The notes beneath the pieces were generated by a model, which saw only the letters and a program-made list of their open reading frames with translations, was not told the DNA's origin and searched no databases. The position numbers were made by a program, and so were the translations under genes. This document shows, piece by piece, positions 38,750-50,764 of a DNA stretch of 64,000 nucleotides. Where the stretch lies: the NCBI RefSeq assembly GCF_006345805.1, contig NC_042998.1, forward strand, positions 88,784,001-88,848,000. Direction: 5' to 3'. Position 1 is the stretch's first letter; each line of letters starts with the position of its first letter. The stretch comes from Octopus sinensis. Lineage: Eukaryota.

Positions 38750-40230
38750 TATGCCAACGATGATACCATCGTTTATTGACATAGGTTTTTGCGTGTGTTG
38801 AAGTTATCAGCTGCAAACGTATTCATTAGATGTAGCCAACTTTCCGGTGTGTGCGGTAATTTATTTTCGGATAATTAAAAAAAATAAAATAACAAAAACA
38901 GAAAATGAAACCTAAAAAGGAAAACAAGTGCATCTCTTGTTTAAAATGTTACCATTCTTACCGTCTATAGCTTCTGCTACTAACTGTTGCCATCTTTCTT
39001 TTCAGCTGCTTTATTATCAATATTATTGTTTATTAGAATCGCTACATCTTCTTTTCCTTTGCACACAACTCTAAGGTTTCATGTCTAATTATTCGTGGTA
39101 GTTTTTTTTTATATGCTCCAGTCGCCCTTTAGCCTTAACTTTCTCTCATTCCTTCCCTGTTTCTGATCGCCTTCGGTTTTGATTCTCACTACCATTCATA
39201 TTTTTGTTCTTTTTTAATCTTTTTTTTGGTTTTTTTTTTGTTAATCATTAAAGCAAATCTATGGCTGCCTTATTATACATGTAATTATCATCATTGTATT
39301 GGTTTTATGTATCTCTGTGTTCTACGTTGTCTGTCTGCTAAGATTTGTCTGGTTTTAGATGTCAGAGCATGAATCTCACGTCCCGGGACACTACTCTTCC
39401 GATGGAGCACGTTCTCTTTTACGGTATATGGAACGCGTACACATGAACATCTTGGCTTCTTATTCTCTCTCGTTCTTTCTTACTTTCTATGTCTATTTTT
39501 TTTATGGTTTTCGATATTTTTTATCAGTTATTTAATTATAATTATTTTATTTTATTATATTTTTGTTTAGCTGTCATACTTATATTATTAGATATATATT
39601 TCCACTCTACAATGAATATTTTATAGATTTATTTTGTGAGTGGTTGTATGTGTGAGAAACTTCTATATAAACGTTCGATTTTTTTTTTATGAATTCTTTT
39701 TCCTTCATTAGGTATCTCATCTATTAGGTTATCTGAGCATTTTCTTTCCTTTTTTTTTTGAATTACGCACTACTTAGAAACTTCTCTCTCTTTCCTACTG
39801 TTTCAATACCTGTTAACGTGCGCTGGCTCTTCGATTCGTTGTTTGTTACTTAATTTATAAGTGTTCCCAATGTTTCTCTCTCTCCCTCCTCCTCTCTCTA
39901 TCACACACACACACACACGCGCACGCACTTTACTATGAATTATTATTTTTTGGTATATTTTTCATAAATAGTAATTTTACAAATTGACAAAATTTAGCAA
40001 GCAAATACCGTTTCTAGGATGCTACAGTATCTATAATTTAAATTATCTCATTCAGGTAATAGTGTGGGAGGACTGAACTATGATTTAAATGCTATATTAT
40101 TTTTCTTATGTGACGATTGTCTCTCTCTTTTTCCCTTTTTTAATTAGAAGGGGAGGCAGGGTGAGGAAGGTAGCTTAGTTGAGAAGGCGACTTAGTCACC
40201 ATCCACACACACACACACACACACGCGCAC
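38250..40230. promoter_or_regulatory. Second CpG-rich, TE-poor block (likely same unmethylated domain as 30-33 kb)
   Basis: Many CpGs (gacatcgagcgc, cacgtcccgggac, ggaacgcgtac); CpGs become scarce again after about 40.3 kb. Confidence 0.4.
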
Positions 40231-40532
40231 GCACTTTACTATGAATTATTATTTTTTGGTATATTTTTCATAAATAGTAATTTTACAAATTGACAAAATT
40301 TAGCAAGCAAATACCGTTTCTAGGATGCTACAGTATCTATAATTTAAATTATCTCATTCAGGTAATAGTGTGGGAGGACTGAACTATGATTTAAATGCTA
40401 TATTATTTTTCTTATGTGACGATTGTCTCTCTCTTTTTCCCTTTTTTAATTAGAAGGGGAGGCAGGGTGAGGAAGGTAGCTTAGTTGAGAAGGCGACTTA
40501 GTCACCATCCACACACACACACACACACACAC
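39903..40532. repeat. 306-bp-period tandem duplication bounded by (CA)n tracts
   Basis: gcgcacgcactttac at 39919 and 40225; the copies appear identical. Confidence 0.95.
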
Positions 40533-42409
40533 ACCAATGACTAACCAGTTGAAAAAAAAGAGGAAACAAAGAAAAGAAAAAAGAGCTGAATGACAGGAAA
40601 GATATGCTGAATGGAATTAGAATCTCTAAGTTAGGATCCCATATTAACTTAGTGGGTTCAGATATCATGATGTGGAAGTAGTCATGGATTGATGTTGGTC
40701 GGCTAAGGTTATTGGGCTTTTGGGTATCCTGCTCTTGTATGTTATCCAGGGTGTGTCATATCCATAAGACTTCCACTAACTACAGCCACGCCTAGTAGCA
40801 CAATGCTTGAGACTATTTCATCATTTTTTCTTCTTAGATGCCTTTTTTTCCTTCCTCTCTCTCTCTCTCCTTATTTGAGCCACTCACCCTCTCTTTGGCA
40901 TTTATTCCTTTTAGTTGCTTAGTGCCTATGAAGCCTAAGTGCATTTCCACCAGATTCACTAAATTGGATGCAAAGGTCAAGTATTTCTGAAGTGTATAAA
41001 TATTCAACTACAATTAGTTTTTATATTTCATCATCATCATTATCATCTCTCTCTCTCTCCCCTTTTTCAAAAGCTACTGGAGGAGAAAATTAAATTATCA
41101 GCTACTTTATTTCACCACTATACTTCACTTTTCAAACATTTCCACATTTTATTCCAAGTCAGTCTCTCTCTCTCTCGATATATATATATATATATATATA
41201 TAATGATAATAATAATAATAATAACTCTAGGATGGAATTTATATATATATCGTACATATATTTTCCTTCTTCTTCAGGTAGATGGTCGCTCTAATTTTGA
41301 CCAAATTAATAATTAGATTTGACTAACCTGAAAGAAATCAATGAAGACAACCATACTGTAATGGATTTAAGGCAGCCCCTCCTTCAGCAAGTCTTTCCTA
41401 CCATTAAACACACCTAATCTCTTTCCCCACTTTATATCTCTGTAATTAATAAGCTTTAGTGTTAAAACATGCTTTCCCTCACCCTGTCTGCATGTTGGGG
41501 CTCAGTTCAGTCTAACAGTCATCTGCATATTTGAGATATCTCTAATAGAAGAGAAAAAATAATTGTTTTGTCCTTTTCATTTCATTCTCGGAAAAAAAAT
41601 TCTCTTTTATTTAATTTATTTGTACTTTTCAAATTAATTTTTTTTGTCTTTTATTTAATTTTCTTATTTTACTTTTATTTCATTTTCTTTTTCTTTTACC
41701 TTAGTTAAAAGTTCACTTCATTGAAGAAGTGAAAGCTCCCATTTAAGAGCAGGCTTAACTCAGAAATGGCTGACTTCTATGACTTAAGTTTCATAATTTG
41801 AGAAATGGAATTATGCATTTGAGACTGAGCTTTCATTACAACTTCCTTTTTAATTTTCAGTGAACTTGTGGTGATAGAGTAAGATATCTTTTAATGAGCC
41901 TCTCATCTTTTGTTATTTAAACTTTCAACATTAAAAACACAACGACAACAAAACAAAACAAAGTCTTTTATATGAAATTTAAAAGATTTAAGAGGGGAAG
42001 AGAAAGATTAAAAAAATTTTGAAATTCTATTTTGTTGTGATTCTTTAGAAATGTGAATGTAAAAACCCGCCTAGAATTGTTATCTGAATTGAGTTTTCCT
42101 CTCTGTTCTTATCAGTAAAAAGGCATATTTCTCTTGAGCTAAGGTGTGTGATTAGGGTTTGCCTCCCAGCCAAAGTGGATAGTTAGTTTTTCATTAAATT
42201 ATTAAACCTATTGTTTGTTGTTTTATTTATGCTTGTTTTAGAATTTCCCAGGTTTCTTTCTGTTTGCATATAACTGACCCATTCACTAATTGAGAGCCTC
42301 AGATTTTAGTGTCAGTTTTCCATTACAAATTATTATTATTATTTTCATTATTTTTATCATCATCACCATTATTATTATTATGATTATTATTATTATTATT
42401 ATTATTATG

Positions 42410-43030
42410 GCAACAAAGTGAGTGAATTGTTAGCAGACTGGACAAAATGCTTAGTAGCATTTTTTTTTTTTACATATGGAATTCAAATGCCACCAAAGTT
42501 GACTTTGCCTTTTATTCTTTGGGGGTGGGGTGGATCAATGAAATAAATACCAGTTGAGCACTGGGGTCACTAATTGAATTGACTCTCCCTTCAAAATTTT
42601 GGTCTTTGTGTCTATAATAGAAAGGATTATTATTATTATGACAGTGAAAAAAATACCCTATGGTATTTCTTCTCACTCTTTACAGTCAGAGTTCTGATCA
42701 TGCTGCAGTAGACTTTGTTTTTCGTTACTTTGGCATTGTTAAAATCAAGTACCAGTCTTGTACTGGGGTTGTTGGCATGAACTGCTTTGCTCCTTTCAGA
42801 ATTGTTGGTCTCGTGGTGCCTGAATTGGACACAATCATTATGAAGGTGGCAGATTTCGACAGCATTGCTGGAGTGTCAACAAAATGCCACCTGGTATATA
42901 GTTGAAATTTTACATACAGCATTCAAATTTCACTGAGTTCAACTTTACCTTTCCTCCTTCAAAGGTTAATAAAATAAAGTACCAGTACTTCTCTCCAAAT
43001 TGTTGGCCTTGCACCTAAATCGGAAACCAT
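42410..43030. mobile_element. Cluster of three SINE fragments of the 5708 family (+, -, +)
   Basis: gactttgccttttattctt at about 42500 (+), reverse-complement gtaccagt at about 42750 (-), and tacctttcctcc...aaagtaccag at about 42945 (+). Confidence 0.6.
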
Positions 43031-43186
43031 TATATGCACACCCCACCACTTTGTCTTTTTATTGTCCCCCTTATCCTTCGCCCTTGTGGCAAATGAATGA
43101 AATCATTGTTATCATTATGTAGACCTGTGAGTCGGAAGAAAGAAGTTGGAGTGGGCTCTCATTCTTGTTACTCATGGTGATCTTGG

Positions 43187-43244
43187 ATGATGGGGTCCCT
43201 TGATTATCCCTAGAGGTCCTCCTAAATCAGGGGGATCCCATCAT
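43187..43244 (+). other. 58-nt hairpin (19-bp stem, 2 G-U pairs, 1-nt bulge, 19-nt loop)
   Basis: ATGATGGGGTCCCTTGATT (43187-43205) pairs with AATCAGGGGGATCCCATCAT (43225-43244). Confidence 0.7.
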
Positions 43245-43985
43245 GATCCTTCCCCCCAACTCTTTTTCTATTGTCATATACTATGTATACTTCGCTTCTT
43301 CTAAAATATACCATGTATACTTTTCATTTTATCATTCCATTATATGTAAATCACCACACTTTGTATTGTCCCTTCATCCTTCACCCCGGTGGCAAATAAA
43401 AGAAATCATTATTAATATTATTATTATTATTAAAAAGAATGATGGGTGGCAAAATCAAGGCATTGGATGAAATGCAGTGATGTGTTAAAGTCTCTTGTGT
43501 GGCCCAGGTCTGAATCCCATTGAGGTCAACTTCGCTTTTCCTCCCACTCAGTTCATTAAAGCAAGGTACCAGTCTAGTACTGAAGTCAGTAATATTGACT
43601 ATGTTCCACACCTGAAAACAACTGGCCTGTACCTTAATTAGAAGATTATTATTATCATCTACTGTATGTATTGGTTATTAGCTCAAATATCTGTTTTCTT
43701 TTCATAATTGTTTTTTCTTTTGTTTTTAACATTTAATTTTATTTTATTTTACTTTCATTATAACTGGTCGTTGTTATTTGAAATTTTTTTGTTATTTTTT
43801 TTTTTACTGTCATCTCCAACATTTTTCCATTTATAGACAGTACTGATTAAAAATTTATGGAGTCTATTTTTGAGCTGTCTGAATGAACTTTGCACAAGTA
43901 ATGCATTGAGAGAATCCATGTTATTAATAGCTGTAATGGGCAGGTATTGATTGAAAGTTGAGAATGATTAGAAATATTTCCTTTT

Positions 43986-44025
43986 ATTGGAATCCGGAAG
44001 TACACCTCTCTGCAGTGCGCGTCAT
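43986..44025. promoter_or_regulatory. Candidate secondary promoter motif cluster (ATTGG, ETS CCGGAAGT, TGCGCG)
   Basis: ATTGG at 43986-43990 and CCGGAAGT at 43994-44001, followed by a C/T-rich leader-like tract (44060-44270). Confidence 0.3.
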
Positions 44026-44889
44026 GTTCAAAGCTAACATCAACTTTTACAAGAGCTTTTCCCTCCCCCCACCACCACTGCTCCTCCTCCCCCATGTCCT
44101 CCACCTTGGAGCCAGTAACCCGCTTCCCCTGCACGTCTCAGCTCTCCAGGAGCCATCAGTTGCTCTTTTTCTCTTCATTCTCTTCCTCTTCTCTCTCTCT
44201 CTCTCTCTCCCCTCTCCTTCACCACTGTCTCTTTTTTCTCTCTCTACCTCTTCCCCCTCGAGCAGCTTGCTTAGCAGACTCACCTTGAATCTTGGCCGAA
44301 TGATTTTTTTTTCTGATTTTTTTTTTTTTTTTTTGTAAGGTCTGAGATTACTGTTGTATCTCCAAGGTGCTGGCAAAGTCTTGTTTCAAAGATAGATAGT
44401 TCTTATAGATTATTTCAGCTGTGCTTATATTTGTATATATATATGTGTGTGTGTGTTGTGCTACTTCTTTTCACCTTTTATTAACACTAATGGCAGTGTA
44501 AAACTTTATGAAATATTGACTACTTTGGGGGTTTCTAACTAACACCAACTCCTGTTAATATCAGTCTCTCTTTTCTTCAAATATTTGTGAATATTCTATT
44601 CTTACATTACCTACATACACACACACATACACACACACCTACATACATAAGCACACATACACATTTATACATACATACATGTTTATGCATACTCAACTGT
44701 GACTCCCCCAACTGTCCCAAATCTCATTTATACTTTCTATATTATGAACCCCTTTTTAAAACTGTATCAAATACATTTAAAAGAAAAATGTACAAATAAC
44801 CATTATTGACAGGACCACATCATTGCAGAAGCCCCTTTAGTCTTTTCTTTTCCATTCTGTATTGAAAAAAAAAAATGCTATAGTTTATC

Positions 44890-44945
44890 AATGGCTGCTG
44901 CTGCTGCAATTATTATTATTATTATTTTTATTATTTTTATCATCA

Positions 44946-44977
<32 letters not shown>

Positions 44978-45010
44978 GCTGCTGCTACTACTACTACTAC
45001 TACTACTACT
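44890..45010. repeat. Compound trinucleotide microsatellite (GCT/ATT/CAT/ACT)
   Basis: Consecutive triplet runs are directly visible. Confidence 0.95.
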
Positions 45011-45419
45011 ACTTTGTGGAGAATATTGACAAAATGGTATCATACTTAAAAGTTTACTTCTTTTGTTATTAACATTATTATTTTGGTTTTTCATCTGCCA
45101 AGAACTAGGACTGTTTTGTTTGTTTAGAATCTTACGGTGCACTGTGGCTGTTTTGTGATGAATAACGTCCCGATGATGAGATCACTGTTCTTCGCAGCAC
45201 GTCAGTGGATGATTGCTGGTAGTCACCAGTTTCATACTGTATCAGCAGTTGTACCACTGATTTGCTGAGTTGGATATCTACTACAACTACCACAACCATC
45301 ACTACTGCTGCTCCAACCACTACTACTACTTCAACAATTATTACCACTACAGCTACAGTTAGTGCCTACCAATACTGGATATATCCCATGATACTCTATG
45401 GAGACTTTGATTAGCCAAT

Positions 45420-45945
45420 TAAAAGTTTGTCATGTGTGTATTTGTGTGTGAGTGTATGTGTTTGTGTGTTTGTGTATGTGTGTCTATATGTATGCATGCA
45501 TATAAGTATGTATGAGTATATATGTATAGATATGTGTGCGTATGCACATGTTGATGATTTGTATGTTTTTATATATATATGTGTGTGTGTGTGTGTTTAT
45601 GTGTGTGTCTGTATGTACATGTATATGTGTGTGTGTGTGTGTTTATGTGTGTGTCTGTATGTACATGTATATATGTGTGTGTGTGTGTTTATGTGTGTGT
45701 CTGTATGTACATGTATATATGTGTGTGTGTGTGCTTGTGTGTATGTATATATGTATGTAGATGTATATATATATGTGTTTCAGTAGTCATATATATATAT
45801 GTGTGTGTGTGTGTGTGTTTGTGTGTGTCTGTATGTACATGTATATATGTGTGTGTGTGTGCTTGTGTGTATGTATATATGTATGTAGATGTATATATAT
45901 ATGTGTTTCGGTAGTCATATATATATATGTGTGTGTGTGTGTTTG
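45420..45945. repeat. (TG)/(TA)-derived minisatellite with ~42-46-bp units and a 128-bp higher-order duplication
   Basis: gtgtgtgtctgtatgtacatgtat recurs several times; gcttgtgtgtatg... occurs at 45733 and 45861. Confidence 0.85.
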
Positions 45946-47559
45946 GTTAAACAAATAGAAACAAAACTCAGTACATGTGCATTGTTCTAATTGGCTGAAG
46001 GTTACCAAAGTGACCCAAAGGCCAAAACTTATGTACATTGCCTTTCTCAAGTGCCATTCATGAAAATCTCAGTCGTTGAGTCAGTTTGGTAACTTGTTGA
46101 TCCAAAATAATAATAATAATAATTAAAAGTATGTGCGTTTGCATATGTACATATATGTATATTCGTCTCTGTGCGTGTCTATATATGTATATATATGTAC
46201 ATGTGTGTGTGTACATATATATGTATCTGTATGTATGCATATGTGTATGTACGTGTATATAGATGTGTCTGCAAATGCGTATATGTGTATATTGCATGTT
46301 ATTTATATTTATACACACACACACATGCAGCTTTGACATAGACTATGTGTATCTGTTACTCTAGTATTTGATTAAAAACTGGAAAAAACAACAACATAAA
46401 TACTTTTCACTTAGGCTTGTTTTATTTTCAAATCTAATGGTAGTTCATTAAAATACTATACTTTTAGAAACAGATTCTAGAATTTATTAATTTTTTTATA
46501 AAATTCTTTTTTTTTTAAATAAGTATCATGATATTCAACATAAAAAGCTCACTCTTTTCTCAGTGTTGAAAAATCATCTAACTAATCAAAGGCATAGCAA
46601 TGTTTTTTTTCTTTTATTTCTTAAAGTAAAATATAAGTTTTTTTTTCTTTCTCTTTTATCAAATTAGTTTTTGTATAAGAACTCTCACTGAAACAGTGTT
46701 GTATTTTATGTTCTTATCTGTGGTATATTGTGATCATTCTTTTTTCTTTTTATGTCTCTTGGAGCTTTATTTCTTCACATACTCTTTTGGACATAAAGGC
46801 AGACTCTAAAATTATGTGTTTGGTGTCAAGTTGAAAGTTTACAAGAAATTATAGTCTTACCTATTTAGTGTCTGTTACTGAGGAACTGTGGCCGCATGTT
46901 CAAATCTGAATCAACAGATTTGACTTTGAAATAAAGCTCTACCTGAAAATGATCAAGGAATAAATTCAGTGTAACACAGTGTAGAGAGAAATATGTAAAA
47001 GATTTGCATGAGCATATTTCTAGGTGACTTGAATACAAGAACTCTTTTAAGCTTCTGTGTTATCAATCATGTCATTCATGTGTGTGTATGTGTAGCTGTC
47101 TGTCTATTACTCTATCTACCTACCTATCTATATTGTTTAATGGTGGGCTTTTGACATAAGAACATCCTGGGTGAATTAGCATGTGAAGTGACTGAATATT
47201 ATACTGATGTGTGTACCTTCAGTGTAATTCTCAGGTGGAATCAGGAAAACACAGTGTGATAAGGCTGAACATTCATTTGAATTACAAGTACAATCCATCC
47301 AACTGATTTCATCTACCCAAATTTATTCAGAAGGCTTGAGTTCCCCAAGGCACTGAAAAGCATTTATTCAAAATGTTGTGCAGTAAGATTGAGCCTCAAA
47401 CTTTATGGTTGCAAAGTGAACTTTATAACCACTCATCCATGCTTCTGTGTGTGTGCACAACTATAAGTCTGTTGCTCTCATTTCACCCCTGCCTATAATC
47501 ATGGTGGCACCCTCTCCCTTCTATTTCTTACTCAGTTATAGGGCTACTTTAGGCTGGCG

Positions 47560-47775
47560 GTCTTGCATGTTACAAAATGATATTCACTACTGCTGGTGCC
47601 ATAACAGAGACAAAAAAAAAGCTGTACACTGTGTAAAATGACTGATATTAGGATGGGAATCCAGCTGTAGAAACCATATTGAAGCAGGCATTGAAACACA
47701 ATGCAAGCCTCTGATATTTCAGATGCTGTTGAACTGTTCAACCTATGCCAGCATGGAAGATGGACCTTAGATGAT
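47560..47775 (+). mobile_element. RTE-type 3' tail
   Basis: atccagctgtagaaacc...cctatgccagcatggaagatggac...gatgatgg. Confidence 0.6.
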
Positions 47776-48504
47776 GGTGATATATGTATGTATATATACA
47801 CAACGAAATGTAAACAAGTCTCTACTAGTTTTTACAACATGTATTTGGTTGTTTAATTATCTAAGTTACCCTACCTACTCATTGAATTAATATATAAGTG
47901 CTGTGTAGTAATTTGCAGACATGTGTCTCCTTAATATGATTTCCAGGCTGTATCAGTGTAACACAGCTATGACAAAGCTGGACCTTCGGATTCCAGAAAC
48001 TATTCATTTCATGGTCTTCCTCACAATTTCTGTCTAGAGAATTTCATTTACATAGCTTGGGTTGACTTGAGACTATAGTGGAAGACTCTTGCACAAGATA
48101 CCATTCAAGAAGATCATAACCAGAACATCATGATTGTGAAACAAACTTCTAAATCATTTGCCTATGCTATACATACATACATACATACATATATATATAT
48201 CACTGTGATGTTGATTTTAAAAAGAGCATCCAACCATAGAAACCATGCCAAAGCTGACACAGATCATGAGATCATGATGCAGTCCAATGGTTCACTAGCT
48301 CCTGTCAGATTATCCATCGCATGCCAGCACAGAAAATGTGTGTGTGTATGCGCACCATATCTATCTATCTTTCAATATATATATATATATATTCTGATTT
48401 TGATTTTGTCTTCATGAGTTTGGAAAACAAATGAAAGTGCTAATAAAGAATTATCCAAACTTCTGACTACCTCCTTTTTCTCAACAAACACACACATTTA
48501 TATA

Positions 48505-48960
48505 ATCATCATCATCATCATTTAATGTCTGTTGTCCATGCTGGCATGGGTTGGATGGTTTGACCAGTGCTGGCAAGCTGAACCAGACTCTTGTCTGTTT
48601 TGGCATGGTTTCTATGGCTGGATGCCTTCCTAATGCCAATCATTCCAAGAAAAAAATGGGTGCCATTTGCGTGACACCAGTTTCTGCCACGACTGCGGTT
48701 TTACTTGGTTTGATGGGTCTTCTCAAGCATGGCATAATGGACTTGGTCATTGCCTCCATGATGCCCAACACTCAAAGCCTGGCATAATCTGAAATGGTCT
48801 TGATCCTTGCCTCCGTGAGGATCAATGCTCGAAAGGTACTTTTACGTGTCACCTGCATGGGTGCCATTTGTGTGACACCGGTATCTGCCACAACTGCAAT
48901 TTTACTTGGTTTGATAGATCTTCCTCTCAAGTACAACATAATGCTAAAGGTCTTGGTCAT
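48505..48960 (-). mobile_element. RTE-type 3' tail with an internal diverged 200-bp tandem repeat
   Basis: (CAT)n, ccatgctggcatgg (48536-48549) and ttctatggctggatgccttcc; gggtgccattt... occurs at 48659 and 48859. Confidence 0.7.
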
Positions 48961-49154
48961 GGCCATGCTGGGGTACTGCCTTGAAGGGTTTTTTCAGTTG
49001 TATTAATTGACCCTGGGATGTTTTAAGCCTGGTACATATTCTAGTGGTCTCTTATGCTGAACTGTTAAGTTACAGGGATGTAAACACACCAACACCAGTT
49101 ATCAGGTGGTGGTGGGGAACAAACACAAAGACACACACACATACATATATAATA

Positions 49155-49480
49155 GGTGCATGGCTCAGTTGTTAGAGTATCGAGCTCACACCCATGCGGT
49201 AGTTAGTTTGTTTTCTGGACTGGACTGTGTGTTGTGTTCTTGAGCAAGACACTTTACTTCTTGTTGCTCCAGATTACTCATCTATAGAAATGAGTTGTGA
49301 CATCGCTGGTGCCAAGCTTTATTGGCATTTGCCTTTCCCTTGTATAAACTCAGTGGTATGGAGAGGGGAAGCTGGTATGCACTGCTGGTCTTCCAAACAA
49401 CCTTGCTCAAACTTGTACCTCAGAGGTTAACTTTCTAGGTGTAATCCCATGGCCATTCATGACCGAAGTGGGTCTTTAAT
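49155..49480 (+). mobile_element. tRNA-derived SINE with ttgtgttcttgagcaagacact central domain
   Basis: Head gcatggctcagttgttagag; the core resembles the V/CORE-like ccttgagcaagacactt motif. Confidence 0.65.
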
Positions 49481-49482
49481 CT

Positions 49483-49515
<33 letters not shown>

Positions 49516-49529
49516 CACACACATACATA

Positions 49530-50005
49530 CACACACCACAGGCTTCTATCACCTTTCATCTACCAAATCCACTCACAAAGCCTTGGTTGACCCGAGGCTA
49601 TAGTAGAAAACATTTGACTCTCTTTTACTCTCTTTTACTTGTTTCTTTTACTTGCAGTCACTTGACTGCAGCCTTTAGTCAAGCAAACTGACCCAAGGAC
49701 TTATTCTTTGTAAGCCTAGTACTTATTCTATCAGTCTCTTTTGCCGAGCTGCTAAGTTATGGGGATGTAAACACACCAGCATCGGTTGTCAAGCAATGTG
49801 GTGGGGTGGCAAACACAGACACACAAACATATACACACACATACATATATATTTATATACATATATATGACAGGCTTCTTTCAGTTTCCAAGGCTTTGGT
49901 CGGCCCGAGGCTATAGTTGAAGACACTTGCCCAAGGTGCCACGCAGTGGAACTGAACCCAGAACCATGTGGTTGGTAAGTGAGCTACTTACCACACAGCC
50001 ACTCT
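49530..50005 (-). mobile_element. Composite/tandem CORE-type SINE copies
   Basis: gaagacacttgcccaaggtgccacgcagtggaactgaacccagaaccatgtggttgg (49919-49976) is the reverse complement of a tRNA head plus CORE. Confidence 0.85.
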
Positions 50006-50731
50006 GCTGAAATATATCAAATATATATACATATACGTATGTATGTATGTATTGTTATGACATGCGATATGAATAAAATGTATTTGTAAAAACAGTTTAA
50101 CTGAAGTGGTTGCTATTGTGTGAAAAACAGCCAATGAAAGTGCTGATCTACTAGAAATAGCAACTGTATCTTCCTCAAATCACTACCTATAATCTAAGAA
50201 GGATGCACTGGATAGTGTAGTCCCTAGCATTCAAAAGGATAGGATGGTTATAGCTGGAATACCTTTGATCATCAGGTTGTTTGACCTGGAGTTAAAGAAC
50301 AAAATGACTGCAGACAGATGTAGGTGGAGGCTGAAGACATAATTTAAGACTTACATTTGGTTTTTAGTTGGATGTTTTTCTGAATAATATTGACTTAGAT
50401 TTACAAATTTACTTGGATTTTTAAAGCTGTTCTCTAAAATTAATAAAGGCAGATTATGCTTTAAACTTCTGATAAATGTAAATGGTTGCTTAACCATTGC
50501 ATAGTACTGAGTTTGGTCAGATATTAATTATCTGTGTCTGGGAGTGCCGACTTGATTTCCGGTATTGTTGTTCTTGCAATTAAAGTACAGCCACAATTCA
50601 CTTTTAATAACATCTAATTTAGTGATTTCTTGTTATTTTCTTAATTATCGCTGTGTTGTTATTATTGTTGAGTTGTTTCAAGTAAAATAAATTTTGTTTT
50701 ATGTATTGTTTTTTGGAAATGTTAGCTCTAA

Positions 50732-50764
<33 letters not shown>

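Noticed and set aside
41861-41878. 18-nt microexon candidate (ttttcag|TGAACTTGTGGTGATAGA|gtaaga)
   Set aside because: Plausible signals, but it is open only in phase 2, which does not fit the neighbouring candidate exons. It could still be a UTR exon; unsupported.
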